Of a stretch of DNA of 64,000 nt, positions 60,661 through 64,000 are shown in pieces. The DNA is taken from the NCBI GenBank assembly GCA_964188305.1, contig OZ076885.1; one strand, given 5' to 3'. A model generated the notes under the pieces. That model did not search any database. It was not told the DNA's origin and saw nothing but the letters and a program-made list of their open reading frames with translations. Both the position numbers and the translations under genes were made by a program. The DNA comes from Podarcis bocagei (taxonomy: Eukaryota). Position 1 is the first letter of the stretch; each line of letters begins with the position of its first letter.

Positions 60661-60948
60661 ATCAAGCAATCCCTCCTTCGTTTACCAAAAAATTGCCAAA
60701 AATGGATAAAATTCTGGGATCATCTATTCATATGGAGTGCAAAGTCTCTGGCTCACTCCCAATTACTGCAAAATGGTTTAAAGATGGAAAAGAGATACCC
60801 GAGAGTGCAAAATACAGGCATCTGTGCCATGAGAACACTGTATCGCTCGAGGTTAATTACCTAGAGTTGACAGATTCTGGAAATTATACTTGCAGCGTAA
60901 CAAATGTTGCAGGAAGTGACTCATGTAGCGCCATCTTAACTGTGAAAG
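60661..60948 (+). CDS. TTN: titin exon ~68, middle tandem Ig
   Basis: gcag| and g|gtttgg, 288 nt. Confidence 0.94.
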
Positions 60949-61188
60949 GTTTGGATTTCTATCTTCTCTCTATACACTGTATTAAAATATAAATCTTCTT
61001 CAACTTCACATCATTATCTTAATATCTTTGAATGTAGATCCCATTTAATGTTATCTATATAGAACCTTTCTTTTCTTATTAACTTTGACACATGTTTTAT
61101 TTCTCTTTATTGGTTTGCTGTGGCTTGCCAGGCCATATTTCTTGCGCCGGAACCTAATTAGTTTTCTTTTGTTTCTTAAAACCTTTAG

Positions 61189-61467
61189 AGCCACCAAGCT
61201 TCTTGGTAAAACCAGAAAGTCAATCAGCTATACCTGATTCAACAGTGGAATTTAAGGCATCTTTAAAGGGAACACCGCCTTTTAAAATAAAGTGGTTTAA
61301 AGAAGATTTAGAACTTGTGTCTGGACCTAACTGTTTATTTGGGATTGAAGGGTCAACTGGTTTCTTAAATCTTTATTCTGTGGATGTATCAAAAAGTGGA
61401 AACTATACTTGCCAAGTTTCCAACGATGTTGGCAGCGATTCTTGTACAACCACACTGAGCATGACAG
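61189..61467 (+). CDS. TTN: titin exon ~69, middle tandem Ig
   Basis: ttag| and g|gtgtgc, 279 nt. Confidence 0.94.
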
Positions 61468-61677
61468 GTGTGCTAATGTGTTCTGTGTTGCTCTTTTCTT
61501 AATTGTCTTCTGCAGTCTTTTGTGTAAATGTTTCTGGGCTACTTTTCTTCCTGCATTGCTAAAACTAGAAGTTAAGCGCCCTTTTAGATTTCTCTCCCCT
61601 CTTATTCTATATACCTTTCAACACAGTCCCTCTTTTCTTCCGATTTACCTTGCTTTCATTTTTCTTCCGTTTCCCAG

Positions 61678-61959
61678 AACCTCCAAAGTTCATTAAGAAG
61701 CTAGACCCGTCTAAAGTGATTAAACAGGGCGACTCCACACGACTTGAATGTAAAATCAGTGGCTCTCCGGAAATCAAAGTGGTATGGTACAGAAATGACA
61801 CTGAAGTCCATGCCAGCGAAAAATTCCAGATGTCATTCACAGATTCTGTGGCAGTCATTGAAATGAGGCATCTTGGTGCAGACGATAGTGGAGATTACAT
61901 ATGTGAAGCACAGAACCCTGCTGGCAGGGCAAGCTGCAGTACTAAACTCCTAGTCAAAG
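61678..61959 (+). CDS. TTN: titin exon ~70, middle tandem Ig
   Basis: ccag| and g|gttagc, 282 nt. Confidence 0.94.
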
Positions 61960-62135
61960 GTTAGCAAACATGCCTTGGCGGACTTCCTTCTCTTTGACTA
62001 ACTATCCCTAAAAAGATTGAGATTAGCTCATTCTGATTCTTGTATGGTTAAGCTAACTGTTAGATTGCTATAGCTGCCCATTGTGGACAGGGTCCTATTT
62101 CTCATCTAATTAACCTCCAGGTTAATTTTAAACAA

Positions 62136-62488
62136 GGGACGCGGGTGGCGTTGTGGGTAAAACCACAGAGCCTAGGACTTGCCAATCGCATGGTCGGCAG
62201 TTCGAATCCCCGCGGCGGGGTGCACTCCCACTGCTCGGTCCCAGCGCTTGCCAACCTAGCAGTTCGAAAGCACCCCCGGGTGCAAGTAGATAAATAGGGA
62301 CCGCTTACTAGCGGAAAGGTAAACGGCGTTTCTGTGTGCGGCTTTGGCTCGCCAGATGCAGCTTGTCACGCTGGCCATGTGACCCGGAAGTGTCTGTGGA
62401 TAGCGCTGCCCCTGGCCTCTAGAGTGAGATGAGCGCACAACCCTAGAGTCTGGCAAGACTGGCCCGTACGGGCAGGGGTACCTTTACC
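62136..62488 (+). mobile_element. Sauria SINE, full length, different subfamily
   Basis: gggacgcgggtggcg head, B box gttcgaatcc, acctttacc tail, TSD taattttaaacaa (62123-62135, 62489-62501). Confidence 0.92.
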
Positions 62489-63496
62489 TAATTTTAAACA
62501 AGTATTCTCTAACCTGTGGCTTTCACTCTTTCCCTCAAGAATGTTCAAAGGGATGTGGTGTATTTACTATTATTTATTTAGGTTATTTAATTATTGCAAT
62601 ATTTGTATGCCACTATTAAACCAAAAAACCAAAGTGGTCTACAACAACCACATAGTAAAAACTACATTTTTTAAAAAAACAACAACAACCCAGAGATCAT
62701 CAATTAGCTATTACAGAAAGATGTTTTCTTAATTACCTGCATAAACTTGGTGGCAATTATAACCCACTCTTCATTAACGTCAATGAGTGGGGTACTTAAA
62801 TCAAGGCTGCAACCATAAGTCATTCAAATTTGCACCACAACACTGAGAGGGTGACAAAACATCCCCTCCAGTCAACTAATCAACTGCTTGAGTAGATGTC
62901 AGGGTTGGCGTCCACTGAATCTGCAAGAGGCGGCAGTGACCATCACCCCTCTCTGCCTGTTACAGAAAGGATAAGTAATTAGTCAGTAGGACTACATTCC
63001 ATGTGAAAGGAGGAGAAAATGGGTGTTAAATGCATTCCTGCACTCACCCTTTTGGCTCAGCATTCTAGGATGGTCATTGCTTTTATTACTGAAATGGCCA
63101 ATTACCCTATTCTGGGTGGGCAACAGTTGTGGCCTCTTGTGGGCTGGCTGCTAGCCATTCCCAAGTGCTGGGACTCGCGTGCACATTGAAGATCATCCGG
63201 CCCACCGCATTGCAGGGTGGGATTGCCCGCCAAATACACTAAACTGCCCAATCATGGGCATCTTAGTGGGTGGAGCTTTGCTGGAGGACTGGGACATGCA
63301 TGCTTCCATTCCAGGCAGTTGGCTACCCTTAAAAACCAGCTGTGAAAAGAAAAGGTGCTTTTTCTGCTGCATGCATGCCTTGGCACTGGAACAGATACAT
63401 ATATGGCAATTCTCACATTATATTCATATTAAACTAGCAACATATATATTGAGGTAACTTTCTTTAAATGATGCCTGATTCTTTCTCTCATCCTAG

Positions 63497-63775
63497 AACC
63501 ACCCATCTTTAGCAGGAAGCCGTCTCCAGTAGATACACTCAAGGGTACTGAGGTTAGCCTTGAATGTGAGATTTCTGGGACGCCACCTTTTGATATTACG
63601 TGGTATAAGGATAAGAGGCAAATCCGTAGCAGTAAAAAGTACAAAGTCGCATCCAAAAACTACCATGCAAGTGTTCACATTCTGAATATCGAAGTATCTG
63701 ACATTGGTGAATACCAGTGCAAAGCTCAGAACGATGTCGGAAGCGACACTTGCGTTTGTATGGTAAAACTTAAAG
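63497..63775 (+). CDS. TTN: titin exon ~71, middle tandem Ig (EPPIFSRKPSPVDTLKGTEVSLECEISGTPPF...)
   Basis: ctag| and g|gtaggt, 279 nt; read manually. Confidence 0.94.
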
Positions 63776-63879
63776 GTAGGTATTATTTGAGGAAATACGG
63801 TGTGCAATCATCATTGTCTTTATAGAAATGCACAATTCTTGTTGGAACTCTTGATGCCCATTGGCTCTTTCCTCTTCAG

Positions 63880-64000
63880 AACCACCAAAATTCGTGACCA
63901 AAATTAACAACCTCACTGTTGTGGTGGGTGAACCAGTAGAGTTGCAGGCCACCTTGGAAGGCTCTCAGCCGATTTCGGTGACGTGGCTCAAGGACAAAGA
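63880..64000 (+). CDS. TTN: titin exon ~72, truncated by the window end (EPPKFVTKINNLTVVVGEPVELQATLEGSQPISVTWLKDK)
   Basis: ttcag| acceptor, open Ig frame to the end of the window. Confidence 0.92.

Larger units (their letters stand above)
283..64000 (+). other. TTN: titin (connectin) gene, internal portion, exons ~23-72 (human-equivalent numbering)
   Basis: Spliced translation matches titin Z-disc/I-band sequence (e.g. [36 protein letters not shown] = I1; HITKTMKNIEVAETKTASFECEVSHFNVP = I10); exon phases chain consistently. Confidence 0.99.

Noticed and set aside
283-64000. Obscurin or another Ig-repeat muscle gene
   Set aside because: Diagnostic titin I1, I10, Novex and N2B sequences occur in the expected order

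Overview
Eukaryotic (vertebrate) genomic DNA: a 64-kb internal segment of the titin gene (TTN/connectin) on the + strand of a squamate reptile. Sauria SINEs, Squam-type SINEs, L2 and Penelope remnants suggest a lacertid lizard; the species assignment is inference. I traced about 51 exons whose splice phases chain without a break. By comparison with the human titin sequence recalled from memory they correspond to exons 23-72: late Z-disc Igs, proximal tandem Igs I1-I15, Novex-1, Novex-2, the 57-nt exon 47, the giant terminal Novex-3 exon, the cardiac N2B exon and the start of the middle tandem-Ig super-repeats. I found no prokaryotic-type system (CRISPR, operon, defence locus). The best novelty candidates are: (1) an extra intact 522-nt Novex-like Ig cassette exon between Novex-2 and exon 47 with no counterpart in the human exon series as I know it; (2) a candidate 39-nt in-frame micro-exon and a CpG-rich stop-creating cassette just before Novex-3; (3) a hidden ~74-aa x 8 periodicity in an enlarged N2B 'unique' sequence; (4) a perfect 91-bp intronic palindrome from a Penelope-like element carrying a sense-strand minimal hammerhead ribozyme; (5) a sharp switch in 5' splice-site class between constitutive and middle-Ig exons, plus a GC-AG intron. 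Exon and domain numbers are human equivalents assigned from memory, not from an alignment.
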